In this document: in pieces, positions 56,315-64,000 of the stretch
Numbering within the stretch: the stretch's first letter is position 1
Layout of the letters: every line of letters begins with the position of its first letter
DNA from: a virus
Reading direction: 5' to 3' (one strand)
Virus record (IMG/VR): IMGVR_UViG_3300024263_000001
Span: 1 to 64,000 of that record
Length of the DNA stretch: 64,000 bases
Notes under the pieces: generated by a model
Database searches by the model: none
What the model saw: the letters and a program-made list of their open reading frames with translations, nothing else
Told to the model about the DNA's origin: nothing
Program-made: the position numbers and the translations under genes

Positions 56315-57610
56315 ATGAGTCAACAGATTCCTGCTGAATTGGAGTCTCTTGCGTCTCTATATGATGAAGTGCTGCTTAACGTTCAGCAACTTGCTGGCAC
56401 GAAAGAAGGCGGCAAGGTTTTGGTGGCGAAGCGTGACGCTCTCGAAACCAAGACTGTTGATCCCGTTATGACTGTAGCACAACCATTCACTCCGTCACAG
56501 TTCAACTTCCAGTACCCGCAGCCATTAGATCCATTGGAGATTATGGCGGTCTGTGAGGAGGTTGGAGTTCTTAACGCTATTCCAGAGAAACAGACGCAGT
56601 TGAAGGTCGAACTCTGGATGGAGTTAAGTAACCTCTTTATGGATGTCGTTGCGGGAGGCCAGTATATTGCCTTTGCAGATGGGGAATGCCCAGAGGAGTT
56701 TGAGGAGACGGGTACTTATCGTCACGTCACTCTCAAGAACTTGGGCGTGAAGAAGTCCCTAACTCTCTCCGATATCAAGCATTCGGCGGCTATCTCTGGG
56801 GCGGGTGGCATCGCAGCTTTGCTCGGTGCTTTCCCTGCCAGTGAGCGGGAGCCAGGAGGTTTTGACCTCGCCACGTTCCAGAGAGAACTGGTAGCCGATA
56901 TCCGTGAGAAGGAGATACGGAAGGGCGCGTCTCTCACCCTTGATGCTTGGGACTGGATTCTCGTCAATGGTGCTCTTGCCACCGATCCGCTGGAATTTGA
57001 CGGTATTACTACTATCGTCACAGCGGCTAATGGTGCCCACTGTAACACCGCTTGTCCCACTGGGACTTTCTCGGTGTCGGACTTTGATCGTTTCATTAGT
57101 GAAGGGTGTGCGAAACCCACTCATATCTTTGGTCATACGCAAGCTCTACAAGAACTCTCTGTTGCTTACTTCCAGTTAGGGTTTGCTGGTAGCCAGATTA
57201 TTCAGATTCCTGGCCCTGAGCCCAGAGTCACCCCTGGCTATGGCTTTACTGATAGAGTGAACACCCAGGTCGGTCCGTTGCAACTGGTGGGGGACTGGAA
57301 CTTTGACCGTACTGCTCAGGCTGGTGTTTGTGGTGGCGTATTTACCTCGACTCTTTATCCTTTAAGGATGTTGCATAATGGGGAACCTCTGGTCTACAGA
57401 ATTACCCAGATGCCGTTTGCTTATAAGGAATTGACTCCTGGTTGTACTGCCATCAGCTTCCAAATCTGGGTGAAGACTGCTCTGGTGATTAAGGCACTGT
57501 GCGCTCAGGCTTGTTACCAGGCGTCGTTCAGTGGGAATATTGTTTCCACTTGCACTCGGATAGGATCACCTGGGCCAGGTCGAACTGGCGGAGCTCCTGT
57601 CTTAGCATAG
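56315..57610 (+). CDS. Major capsid protein
   Basis: 431 aa after protease/scaffold; 'NG......EFDGI', 'PTHIF' HK97-type features. Confidence 0.8.
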   Translation: MSQQIPAELESLASLYDEVLLNVQQLAGTKEGGKVLVAKRDALETKTVDPVMTVAQPFTPSQFNFQYPQPLDPLEIMAVCEEVGVLNAIPEKQTQLKVELWMELSNLFMDVVAGGQYIAFADGECPEEFEETGTYRHVTLKNLGVKKSLTLSDIKHSAAISGAGGIAALLGAFPASEREPGGFDLATFQRELVADIREKEIRKGASLTLDAWDWILVNGALATDPLEFDGITTIVTAANGAHCNTACPTGTFSVSDFDRFISEGCAKPTHIFGHTQALQELSVAYFQLGFAGSQIIQIPGPEPRVTPGYGFTDRVNTQVGPLQLVGDWNFDRTAQAGVCGGVFTSTLYPLRMLHNGEPLVYRITQMPFAYKELTPGCTAISFQIWVKTALVIKALCAQACYQASFSGNIVSTCTRIGSPGPGRTGGAPVLA

Positions 57611-57638
57611 AGATAGCTGGAGAAACCGATAGAGAAGG

Positions 57639-57752
57639 CTTTGAGGGGCGGGCCATAACCACCCCTCCAAAAGAATATTGTTCGGTAAATCAGGGGTGTT
57701 CGCCCTAGGGTAAACATTTGGGGCACCCCAAACAGCATACATTTACCGAACA
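57639..57752 (+). other. Structured intergenic element after the capsid gene
   Basis: Hairpin 57639-57673 plus 12-bp inverted repeat TGTTCGGTAAAT / ATTTACCGAACA abutting the next RBS. Confidence 0.6.
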
Positions 57753-57763
57753 GAGGAGAAATT

Positions 57764-58078
57764 ATGGCTACTAATACACCAGCGAAAATACCTAACGTCA
57801 TTCGATTGGCTGTAGCAGTTGCAAGCGAAACACCTGTTACTTTTCACGGTGCTGTTAGCATCATTGCGTTACGGGTTCAATGTGTAGATGCTATTGCTCT
57901 TCGGGTTTCGTTTGATGAAGGCGGCACTTTCAGCACTGATAATTTCTGGACCATAAAATCGGGAGCCGTGTGGAGACAGGATGATATTAACTGGACAGTT
58001 GATAATCCCGCAATGTGGGTTCGGATTCCCGTTTCGCCCAACGGCGATTCGATTGTAGAGATCATATACTGGGGATAA
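57764..58078 (+). CDS. Small beta-rich putative virion protein
   Basis: GAGGAG RBS; directly after capsid gene. Confidence 0.55.
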   Translation: MATNTPAKIPNVIRLAVAVASETPVTFHGAVSIIALRVQCVDAIALRVSFDEGGTFSTDNFWTIKSGAVWRQDDINWTVDNPAMWVRIPVSPNGDSIVEIIYWG

Positions 58079-58098
58079 AAGTTAAGAGGGTAAATTAA

Positions 58099-58503
58099 AT
58101 GGCTAAATGGTGTGATGAAGGCGAAACCTCGGTGGGGGATGTTTACCTAAAAGCCTCAGCAGGGGTAGCCAAGTGGTTGGGCCTGTTTGAGAATGCAGTC
58201 GAACCCGCGGAGGACGCCGTGATGACTGACATAACGGAGCAAGCAGTAGGGCTTGGTTATGGCAGAATCCAGTTACTCGATGCAGAGTGGACAGAGCAGG
58301 CCACGAAGGGCGAATTTAAGAACTTGGAAAAGACCTTTACCGCCAACGGGGGCGCTTGGGGCGACCAGTATGGTTATTTTATTACAACCGCTGAGACTGG
58401 CACGGCTGGGAAGTTGCTCGCCGTGGAACTATTCAGCGATGGCCCTTATGCGGTCAATGATGGCTGGAGCGTGAAGATAACGCCTACTATCACTGTTGCG
58501 TAA
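58099..58503 (+). CDS. Putative virion fibre/decoration anchor protein
   Basis: 'GYGR..L...W....FTA.GG.WG...YF......G.LL.......V.DG' recurrent phage structural family. Confidence 0.6.
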   Translation: MAKWCDEGETSVGDVYLKASAGVAKWLGLFENAVEPAEDAVMTDITEQAVGLGYGRIQLLDAEWTEQATKGEFKNLEKTFTANGGAWGDQYGYFITTAETGTAGKLLAVELFSDGPYAVNDGWSVKITPTITVA

Positions 58504-58512
58504 TGAGGTGAT

Positions 58513-59910
58513 ATGAGCACGGCCCTCTATAATCCCAACAGCGATATTCAGACTGAGTGGGATACTACTGGCGTTGACCATTATACTGAAATAGATGAGG
58601 GCACTACACCTGTTCTTGCTGACCATGTGCAGACCAAGGGCGGGGGGGATATTGATGAGTGGGGATTCGCCACCCCTGGCGAGTCTGGTATCAATTTTAT
58701 TAGAGCTCACATATACGCTGAGACTGGTAGTAATGCTACCTTCCTTATCAGTCTCCAGCAAGGCGGGGTCGAGCGGGCGAGTTTCCAGGTTCCTGTTGGT
58801 CAAAGTCAACAGTGGTTCTCCTGTCAATGGGATAATCCATCAGGAGATCTGAGTGCCCTGACCATTGAGGTTACGCACACCAAATCTGGTGGCGGCGGCC
58901 CGACTTATAGTACGGTTTATACTGCTTATTTGGAAGTAGATTATACTGAAATTCAAGAGTTTCCTTATTCTGGTAATATTCCCCTGACTAGTACCCCAAG
59001 TTATTTGTCCTCTGTGATTATGACTTACGCTGGAATCGCTCCTCTGATGACTACACCGAGTTATGATTCTCTTCTTGATAGGACCTATGATGGAGCCCTT
59101 CCCGTGGGGTGTGTGCCAAGTTACCTTTCAGCCTTGGAGAAGGGGTATAGTGGGATTGTTTCATTGGCGGTATTGCCAAGCTACCTCTCCGCTCTCGAAA
59201 AAGGATATAACGGTGTAATTTCCCCAAATTTGTTACCGAGTTACTTGTCTATTCTTGATGGGGCATATGATGGGACGATTCCTGTGGCAATCTCTCCAGG
59301 TTATGATTCAAAGGTAGAGGTGATTTATGCTGGGGCAGTTGCAGTGGGAATATTGCCCAGTTATAGTTCCATTGTAGAGATGTTATATGGGGGTCAGGTT
59401 CCTGTTCTTGTGGTTCCGAGCGCGAGTTATTCGCTGGAATCTGTGCAGGAATTTGTTTATTCGGGACAGGTTGATATAGGATTATTGTCTAGTTACCTAT
59501 CGACATTGGAGAAAGGCTATCAGGGGCAGATTTCTCTGATTCTTTTATCGGGTTATGATTCTATTGTAGATAGGATTTATTTGGGGGAGATTCCTCTAGT
59601 TGTTGTACCGAGTCGTTTGTCCGCGCTGGAAATGGAGTATGATGGTTCTGCGGCGCTGGTAATTGTACCTGAGAGTATCTATTCTTTGGAGGAGAGTGGG
59701 ACTGAGTTTGTTTATTCTGGTAGTGTTTTTGTTTTTGTGTTGCCCAGATACGTTTTGGTCGCCGAGGGGGAAGTGAGAATGGATTCCCGTTATCCGCATT
59801 GTCTTCGTTGTGGTGGTCCTTTGGGGGTTCATGCTGGGATTAGGGGACCAAATGTGCAGTATCACAATTATGAGTGTCGTTTGGGTTTAGAACATCCCGA
59901 CTATGATTAG
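58513..59910 (+). CDS. Fibre-like protein with about 13 tandem 20-aa repeats and a C-terminal zinc finger
   Basis: YxGxxxxxxxPSYxSxxExx repeats; terminal RYPHCLRCGGPLGVHAGI...HNYEC. Confidence 0.75.
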   Translation: MSTALYNPNSDIQTEWDTTGVDHYTEIDEGTTPVLADHVQTKGGGDIDEWGFATPGESGINFIRAHIYAETGSNATFLISLQQGGVERASFQVPVGQSQQWFSCQWDNPSGDLSALTIEVTHTKSGGGGPTYSTVYTAYLEVDYTEIQEFPYSGNIPLTSTPSYLSSVIMTYAGIAPLMTTPSYDSLLDRTYDGALPVGCVPSYLSALEKGYSGIVSLAVLPSYLSALEKGYNGVISPNLLPSYLSILDGAYDGTIPVAISPGYDSKVEVIYAGAVAVGILPSYSSIVEMLYGGQVPVLVVPSASYSLESVQEFVYSGQVDIGLLSSYLSTLEKGYQGQISLILLSGYDSIVDRIYLGEIPLVVVPSRLSALEMEYDGSAALVIVPESIYSLEESGTEFVYSGSVFVFVLPRYVLVAEGEVRMDSRYPHCLRCGGPLGVHAGIRGPNVQYHNYECRLGLEHPDYD

Positions 59911-59915
59911 GCGAT

Positions 59916-60158
59916 GTGAGAATGGCTGATGTACCAGTTAGAGACTATCATTTCAGGCCCCGACAAAGACCAGTAAAGAGTCCCAGAACTGGTCGTAGAT
60001 ATAAATGGGAACATAAGGGATCACCATTTGCTATATGTATGGTAGCAGAGGGGGATTTGCAGTTTATTGAAGCTGTTAAGAAGGGCTGTTGTGGAAGTCG
60101 CGGGCGTTACTACAAACGAGCGACACAGGAGGAATACAACGCATGGTTGGGGAAATGA
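59916..60158 (+). CDS. Small protein, paralog of the C-terminus of 2892-3365
   Basis: KSPRTGRRY...V...D......K.CCG. Confidence 0.65.
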   Translation: MRMADVPVRDYHFRPRQRPVKSPRTGRRYKWEHKGSPFAICMVAEGDLQFIEAVKKGCCGSRGRYYKRATQEEYNAWLGK

Positions 60159-60478
60159 ATGTTGAGGATTTTATACCTATTGATGATAGGGTGCTTGTGA
60201 GACCACATGAGATTGAGGAAAAGACTGAGAGTGGGGTTTATCTTCCCCCCGCCGCTCTTGCTGAGAAAAGAGAGATAGTACAGTCGGGCGAGATAGTTGC
60301 TATTGGTCCTGGCCGTCTAAACGCGGAGGGGAAGCGTGAAGCTATGATGGATTTACGACCTGGGGACACGACGTTTTTCGCTCGCTTCCAGGGTTGGTTA
60401 TTTGTGGTTGATGATGTAGAATACCGAGTGTTTGGGCAGCACGATCTGTTTGGTTATAGGAAGAGAGAAGGTGAGTAG
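60155..60478 (+). CDS. groES: Co-chaperonin GroES
   Basis: PIDDRVLV, EEKTESGVYLP, GEIVAIGPG, GD..FF....G. Confidence 0.9.
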   Translation: MNVEDFIPIDDRVLVRPHEIEEKTESGVYLPPAALAEKREIVQSGEIVAIGPGRLNAEGKREAMMDLRPGDTTFFARFQGWLFVVDDVEYRVFGQHDLFGYRKREGE

Positions 60479-60938
60479 ATGTGCCCGCTGTGGGACTCCT
60501 CTAGGGGTTCGTGTGGGCATTATGGTGGGAGGCGAGTTATTTTGCAATTATGAGTGTGCCCAAGATTTAGAGGGGGAAAGGGAACGGGCTCCCCTCCCAG
60601 TAATGGAGAGGAAAATGAATCCAGATGATCGGTATCCTCGGTGTGTTCAGTGTGATAAACCTTTAGGAGTTCACGCAGGCATTAAAAGGGAAGGTGTAAG
60701 GGTATGTAATCGAGATTGTGAATATCTTTACTTCGGCCCCCCCGATCCTTATACGGAAACAATGATAATGGATTTTAGTTTTCGTACTGCGCTGGAGGAT
60801 TTGAAGAAACAAAACCCTGAAGTTGATGAGGCGGGTATTTTGGCCTTGTATTATCTAGGTTGGGTGAAAGTTCCTAGTCGGGGGGCGGGGGATTACGATA
60901 TTTACGAGAAAGTGAGAGGATGGTGTGAGGTAGAATAG
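60471..60938 (+). CDS. Protein with two 'CxxC.PLGV..GI....CN..C' zinc fingers
   Basis: Two copies of the motif that ends ORF 58513-59910; GTG start overlapping groES stop. Confidence 0.7.
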   Translation: MSRCARCGTPLGVRVGIMVGGELFCNYECAQDLEGERERAPLPVMERKMNPDDRYPRCVQCDKPLGVHAGIKREGVRVCNRDCEYLYFGPPDPYTETMIMDFSFRTALEDLKKQNPEVDEAGILALYYLGWVKVPSRGAGDYDIYEKVRGWCEVE

Positions 60939-60990
60939 AACCTTAAAATTTCCAGTTTTGTCTTGTAATTGACTAAAACCATGATATAAT
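60939..60990 (+). promoter_or_regulatory. Promoter with upstream AACCTTAAAATT box
   Basis: Box 60939-60950, 12 nt, TTGTAA, 16 nt, TATAAT with TG extension. Confidence 0.75.
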
Positions 60991-60996
60991 GAAGGT

Positions 60997-61160
60997 ACTC
61001 CCCAGCATTCCTCTAGCGTGGTAGGGACGCCGACCCGTATGGGAGCGTTAGGGCGATGCTGGCGCGGGGCTGCTGACGAGCAGCCCTGGCTAATCCTCCC
61101 CGCCCCCCGCTGATGAGTAGACTGGCGGGTGGCTTGATAATCAATAGGGATTATGTGGAA
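60997..61160 (+). ncRNA. Candidate structured RNA / 5' leader of the glycosyltransferase operon
   Basis: GC-rich, gene-free; stems CCAGCAT/ATGCTGG, GGGCTGCT-GACG-AGCAGCCC, TAATCC/GGATTA enclosing CCCGC/GCGGG. Confidence 0.55.
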
Positions 61161-61186
61161 ATCTAAATAAAGGTATCCTTTTCTTT

Positions 61187-62170
61187 ATGGGAACTCGGTT
61201 CAGTGTGATTGTGCCCACTACTGGTGGGCGTATGAAAAATTTAGATCTGGTTCTTTGTTCTCTGGCCAACCAATATTTTCCTAAAGATGATTATGAAATA
61301 ATTGTGGTAAACGATGGTGGCGAGCCGGAGGTAAAGGATCTGGTTGCCTCCTATAAGGGGGAGTTTGGGAAAATTGTTTATATTGTATCTCCCAAATTTG
61401 AGTCCATTCCCCTTTCTCAGGTTGCTCCAACAGATGTAGAGGCTACTATAACTATTTGGGGGGAAGGGGGAGATCTTATCAAACTTGTTCCCAACGAACA
61501 ACCCCGCAACAAGGGGGCAAGGCAGGCGGAACATGGTTTTTATATTTTCGCTGATTCTGATGTGGTTCTTTCTCCTATGACTCTCGCGCTCTATAACCAG
61601 GATATTTCTAACAATCCTGATCGGATCATCTTAGGGATTTATCATTGGTTACATCCTATGGAGATAACTAAAAGAGATATAATTGAACGATTTGATGATA
61701 TAGTCCATCATCGTCTTATGAAGGTTCCTCTCAACCGCCCGCAAACTCATAATATTTGCCGTGATATGCGGTTGAAAAATTTTGAAGCAACGACCCCAGA
61801 TGAGGTTCACCGTGCCCCTAATCACATGAATGATGGTCTTGCTTGTTTTAGTGGGAATATATGTTGGCCCAAGAATCTGTTTTGGGATATAGGTGGTTAT
61901 AATCCTTATCTTCATGCAGGAGCCCACGAGGATGGGATGAGTGGGTTGACGGCTTACTTCGCAGGGTTTGGAATCTCCTACGACAAGCGGATCATTGGTG
62001 GGCATATATACCATGACAGAGACATTTCGTATGTTGAATCTTTCAAGTGGGCCGAGATAGAGATTATAAATGATAAGTTTAAGGATGAACCAGAATTCAA
62101 AGGTGTACTTGAGCAGACGGAGGAAGAGAAGAAACAATTAGGCGTGGGGGATTGGAAGAAAGAATGGTGA
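61187..62170 (+). CDS. Glycosyltransferase family 2
   Basis: FSVIVPT, EIIVVNDG, RNKGA, FADSD (DxD), GGY, HED, HIYH. Confidence 0.9.
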   Translation: MGTRFSVIVPTTGGRMKNLDLVLCSLANQYFPKDDYEIIVVNDGGEPEVKDLVASYKGEFGKIVYIVSPKFESIPLSQVAPTDVEATITIWGEGGDLIKLVPNEQPRNKGARQAEHGFYIFADSDVVLSPMTLALYNQDISNNPDRIILGIYHWLHPMEITKRDIIERFDDIVHHRLMKVPLNRPQTHNICRDMRLKNFEATTPDEVHRAPNHMNDGLACFSGNICWPKNLFWDIGGYNPYLHAGAHEDGMSGLTAYFAGFGISYDKRIIGGHIYHDRDISYVESFKWAEIEIINDKFKDEPEFKGVLEQTEEEKKQLGVGDWKKEW

Positions 62171-62469
62171 TTAAGTTATTCATCATTCTGACTATGGTTG
62201 TCACAGGGTATTGTGATGCTACTGGAGCCTCGCCATTTGAGGGAATGACTGCTTCGGGGGTTTATACAAATAGATTCACAACGGCTTGCCCTCCCGAAAT
62301 GGAATTTGGTACAGTAATTATAATGGACGGAAAGATATTTATCTGCGAGGATAGGGGCGGTGCGATTAAAGGGAATAGGCTTGACATTTGGTTCCCGACT
62401 TGTGATGATGCAATTTTGTGGGGGCGACAAGAAAAAGAGGTTTTAATATTGGGGGCGAGGGGGAAATGA
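62164..62469 (+). CDS. 3D-domain cell-wall protein with signal peptide
   Basis: VTGY, TASG, FGT, EDRGGAIKGNRLDIW, A..WG. Confidence 0.85.
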   Translation: MVIKLFIILTMVVTGYCDATGASPFEGMTASGVYTNRFTTACPPEMEFGTVIIMDGKIFICEDRGGAIKGNRLDIWFPTCDDAILWGRQEKEVLILGARGK

Positions 62470-62654
62470 TAATGATGGAATTTCGGATATGTCCAGATTG
62501 TGGTGGGTATGAAATGGTACCAATATCAGAGGAAATTGATTTCTATGGCACTAGTGATGCCAGTCAACGTCCTTGTGCTTGCAAGCTGAAAGAGGAAGAG
62601 GAGGAATGGGTACAATTACCGTTATGGAACCAATCAGAATTAGACCAGACATAA
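62466..62654 (+). CDS. Small zinc-ribbon protein
   Basis: CPDCGG...PCAC. Confidence 0.5.
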   Translation: MIMMEFRICPDCGGYEMVPISEEIDFYGTSDASQRPCACKLKEEEEEWVQLPLWNQSELDQT

Positions 62655-63163
62655 AAGGGATTCAATGTGTCCAAGAGGGTGCAATGGAATTGGGGGCATG
62701 GTGGGAGGAGCCCAATGTTAATCGCCTTTGGTTTAGAATTCCTTGGGAAGATAAAAGTGTTATGGCTACTTCCACTCATCTCCTTATCTTGGAAAACATT
62801 CCTGATGAGATAGAAAGTGTGATGAGTGTGGGAGATGGTGGTCTATGGTGCTGGCTGGTCGCCGCCGCCCATAAAACAGCGATTGATGAGGGTGACATCC
62901 CAGAGTATGTAGCAGATACTCGAATTGTGTCCCCCGCTAATAAATTCAGAGAAAGAGTTAAAAGAGGATTTATTGAAATCCCTGATAGTGATGTAGTTAT
63001 AGTATCTAATCTTGGAAGTTGGCACTATGGATGGTTCGAGCGCCATGCAAAAAAGAGAATAATTGTATATTCTCTGGGGAGTTTGATGTTTCTGAAAGCG
63101 AGGGGTTATGAAGTGAAGGGATTGGAAACGAAATTTGGACCAGAGTTCGTGGCTTGGAGGTGA
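62606..63163 (+). CDS. Hypothetical protein, possibly methyltransferase-like
   Basis: Start MGTITV after GAGGAGG; 'SVMSVGDGG' resembles a SAM-binding loop; weak. Confidence 0.45.
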   Translation: MGTITVMEPIRIRPDIKGIQCVQEGAMELGAWWEEPNVNRLWFRIPWEDKSVMATSTHLLILENIPDEIESVMSVGDGGLWCWLVAAAHKTAIDEGDIPEYVADTRIVSPANKFRERVKRGFIEIPDSDVVIVSNLGSWHYGWFERHAKKRIIVYSLGSLMFLKARGYEVKGLETKFGPEFVAWR

Positions 63164-63169
63164 GGGATA

Positions 63170-63466
63170 ATGAGTAAGATTGAAGAGCTGGAGGAGCAAA
63201 TAGAAGATTTACAGCGGGCTATAAAAGCGATTACGAAGATGGAGCCTGGTGGATTTCCTGGAGATTATGCCGAGGTGCTCAACTTTCATTATAGGGGGCA
63301 TGTTCAGGTTGGGGAAAGGTTGGTACGCCACGACCAGAAGTTAGATTATATCTCACAGACGTTGAAAAGATTGGGGCGAGAAGTGAAACAGATACGGTTG
63401 GCTATAATGCGGCTTGGGTCCGATGAAGCTATTCATAACCTGATTGGAAGGGGAAATAATGGGTGA
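63170..63466 (+). CDS. Coiled-coil hypothetical protein
   Basis: GGAGGTGA upstream. Confidence 0.55.
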   Translation: MSKIEELEEQIEDLQRAIKAITKMEPGGFPGDYAEVLNFHYRGHVQVGERLVRHDQKLDYISQTLKRLGREVKQIRLAIMRLGSDEAIHNLIGRGNNG

Positions 63467-63593
63467 ATATCTGGTTGATAAGGTTGATCTCTCTTGGGTT
63501 TGGAAAACTGTTGCAGCAATGGCTATAGTTATGTCATCTACGTTTATGGGTGGATTTTTACTGGGTTGGTTTCTTTGCGGGCGGTGGGGATGA
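63459..63593 (+). CDS. Small membrane protein (44 aa, not in ORF track)
   Basis: Overlaps both neighbours; one TM helix. Confidence 0.45.
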   Translation: MGEYLVDKVDLSWVWKTVAAMAIVMSSTFMGGFLLGWFLCGRWG

Positions 63594-64000
63594 GTAAGGT
63601 AGCTGTAGTGACAATGGCAAGAACGGGTTCTACAAGATTACCTAACAAGGTTATCTTTGATCTTGGTGGCAAACCAGCGTTTATACAGGCTATCGAGAGA
63701 GTCACTAGTGTCGTAAAAGCGGATTATGTGGTTGTGGCTTGCTCGATTTATGCGCGGGATGATCCGATTGAACTCTTCGCGAAACAGTACGGGATAGATT
63801 GTTTTCGTGGCCCAGAGGAGGATACAGGTGGCCGATTGAGGATGTGTGGAGAATGGTTAGGTCTAAAAGATGATGATTGGCTTGTAAGCTCTAGTTCTGA
63901 CCAACCTTTGAGCATAACAAAGTGGTTGCCTTGGGGAATAGAGCAACTTCAAAAACGTGATTGTGCTTACTTAAGGTTTGTTGCGCCCCCCAATAATACC
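63590..64000 (+). CDS. SpsF/NeuA/KdsB-family cytidylyltransferase, runs off the window end
   Basis: Translated by hand: MSKVAVVTMARTGSTRLPNKVIFDLGGKP...IER...VVA.S....DD.I......CFRGPEED. Confidence 0.85.
   Translation, partial: MSKVAVVTMARTGSTRLPNKVIFDLGGKPAFIQAIERVTSVVKADYVVVACSIYARDDPIELFAKQYGIDCFRGPEEDTGGRLRMCGEWLGLKDDDWLVSSSSDQPLSITKWLPWGIEQLQKRDCAYLRFVAPPNNT

Noticed and set aside
61110-61161. Hammerhead ribozyme suggested by CTGATGA...GAAA (and CTGACGA at 61073)
   Set aside because: No stem II closes between CTGATGA and GAAA; CTGACGA lies in a simple hairpin
614-63199. Many antisense and alternate-frame ORFs in the track (e.g. 2774-3250, 11621-12109, 61649-62137)
   Set aside because: They shadow well-supported genes and lack RBS or recognisable motifs
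1-64000. Genome-wide stop-codon reassignment
   Set aside because: Long genes are intact under the standard bacterial code and TAA, TAG and TGA all end real genes; only one internal TGA was found

Overview
The window is most of a tailed dsDNA bacteriophage genome (siphovirus-like), apparently opened inside its head/glycosylation module. Plus strand 1-18.7 kb: end of a GT4 glycosyltransferase, head-tail joining genes, tail tube, chaperones, tape measure, a 1458-aa tail-tip protein, a split tailspike, holins and a metallophosphoesterase. Minus strand 18.8-40.4 kb: a two-domain endolysin, RuvC- and Hjc-like resolvases, RecA, Dam-type MTase, UDG-like protein, family-B DNA polymerase, gp32-like SSB, Cas4-like nuclease, primase, DnaB helicase and many tiny Cys/His proteins. 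A divergent promoter region lies at 40.4-40.8 kb, followed by small genes and a gene-free palindrome-rich segment (43.1-44.0 kb). Plus strand 46.9-64 kb: terminase, portal-MuF fusion, ChaB-protease/scaffold, major capsid protein, then a head-accessory block (20-aa repeat fibre, shared Zn-finger modules, GroES, GT2, 3D-domain protein, SpsF-like cytidylyltransferase). Five related free-standing HNH genes punctuate the morphogenesis genes. No integrase, tRNA, rRNA or CRISPR array was recognised. Sigma70-type promoters and GGAGG(TGA) ribosome-binding sites indicate a bacterial host; a monoderm host such as Chloroflexota is only an inference. Most notable unexplained signals: (i) a putative virion-glycosylation and head-fibre system between the capsid and head-tail genes; (ii) an AACCTTAAA(A/G)TT box fixed 11-12 nt upstream of the -35 element of five promoters; (iii) two GC-rich structured RNA candidates transcribed from two of those promoters; (iv) an inverted pair of paralogous genes flanking the divergent promoter. 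All product calls come from motifs recognised by eye, not database searches.
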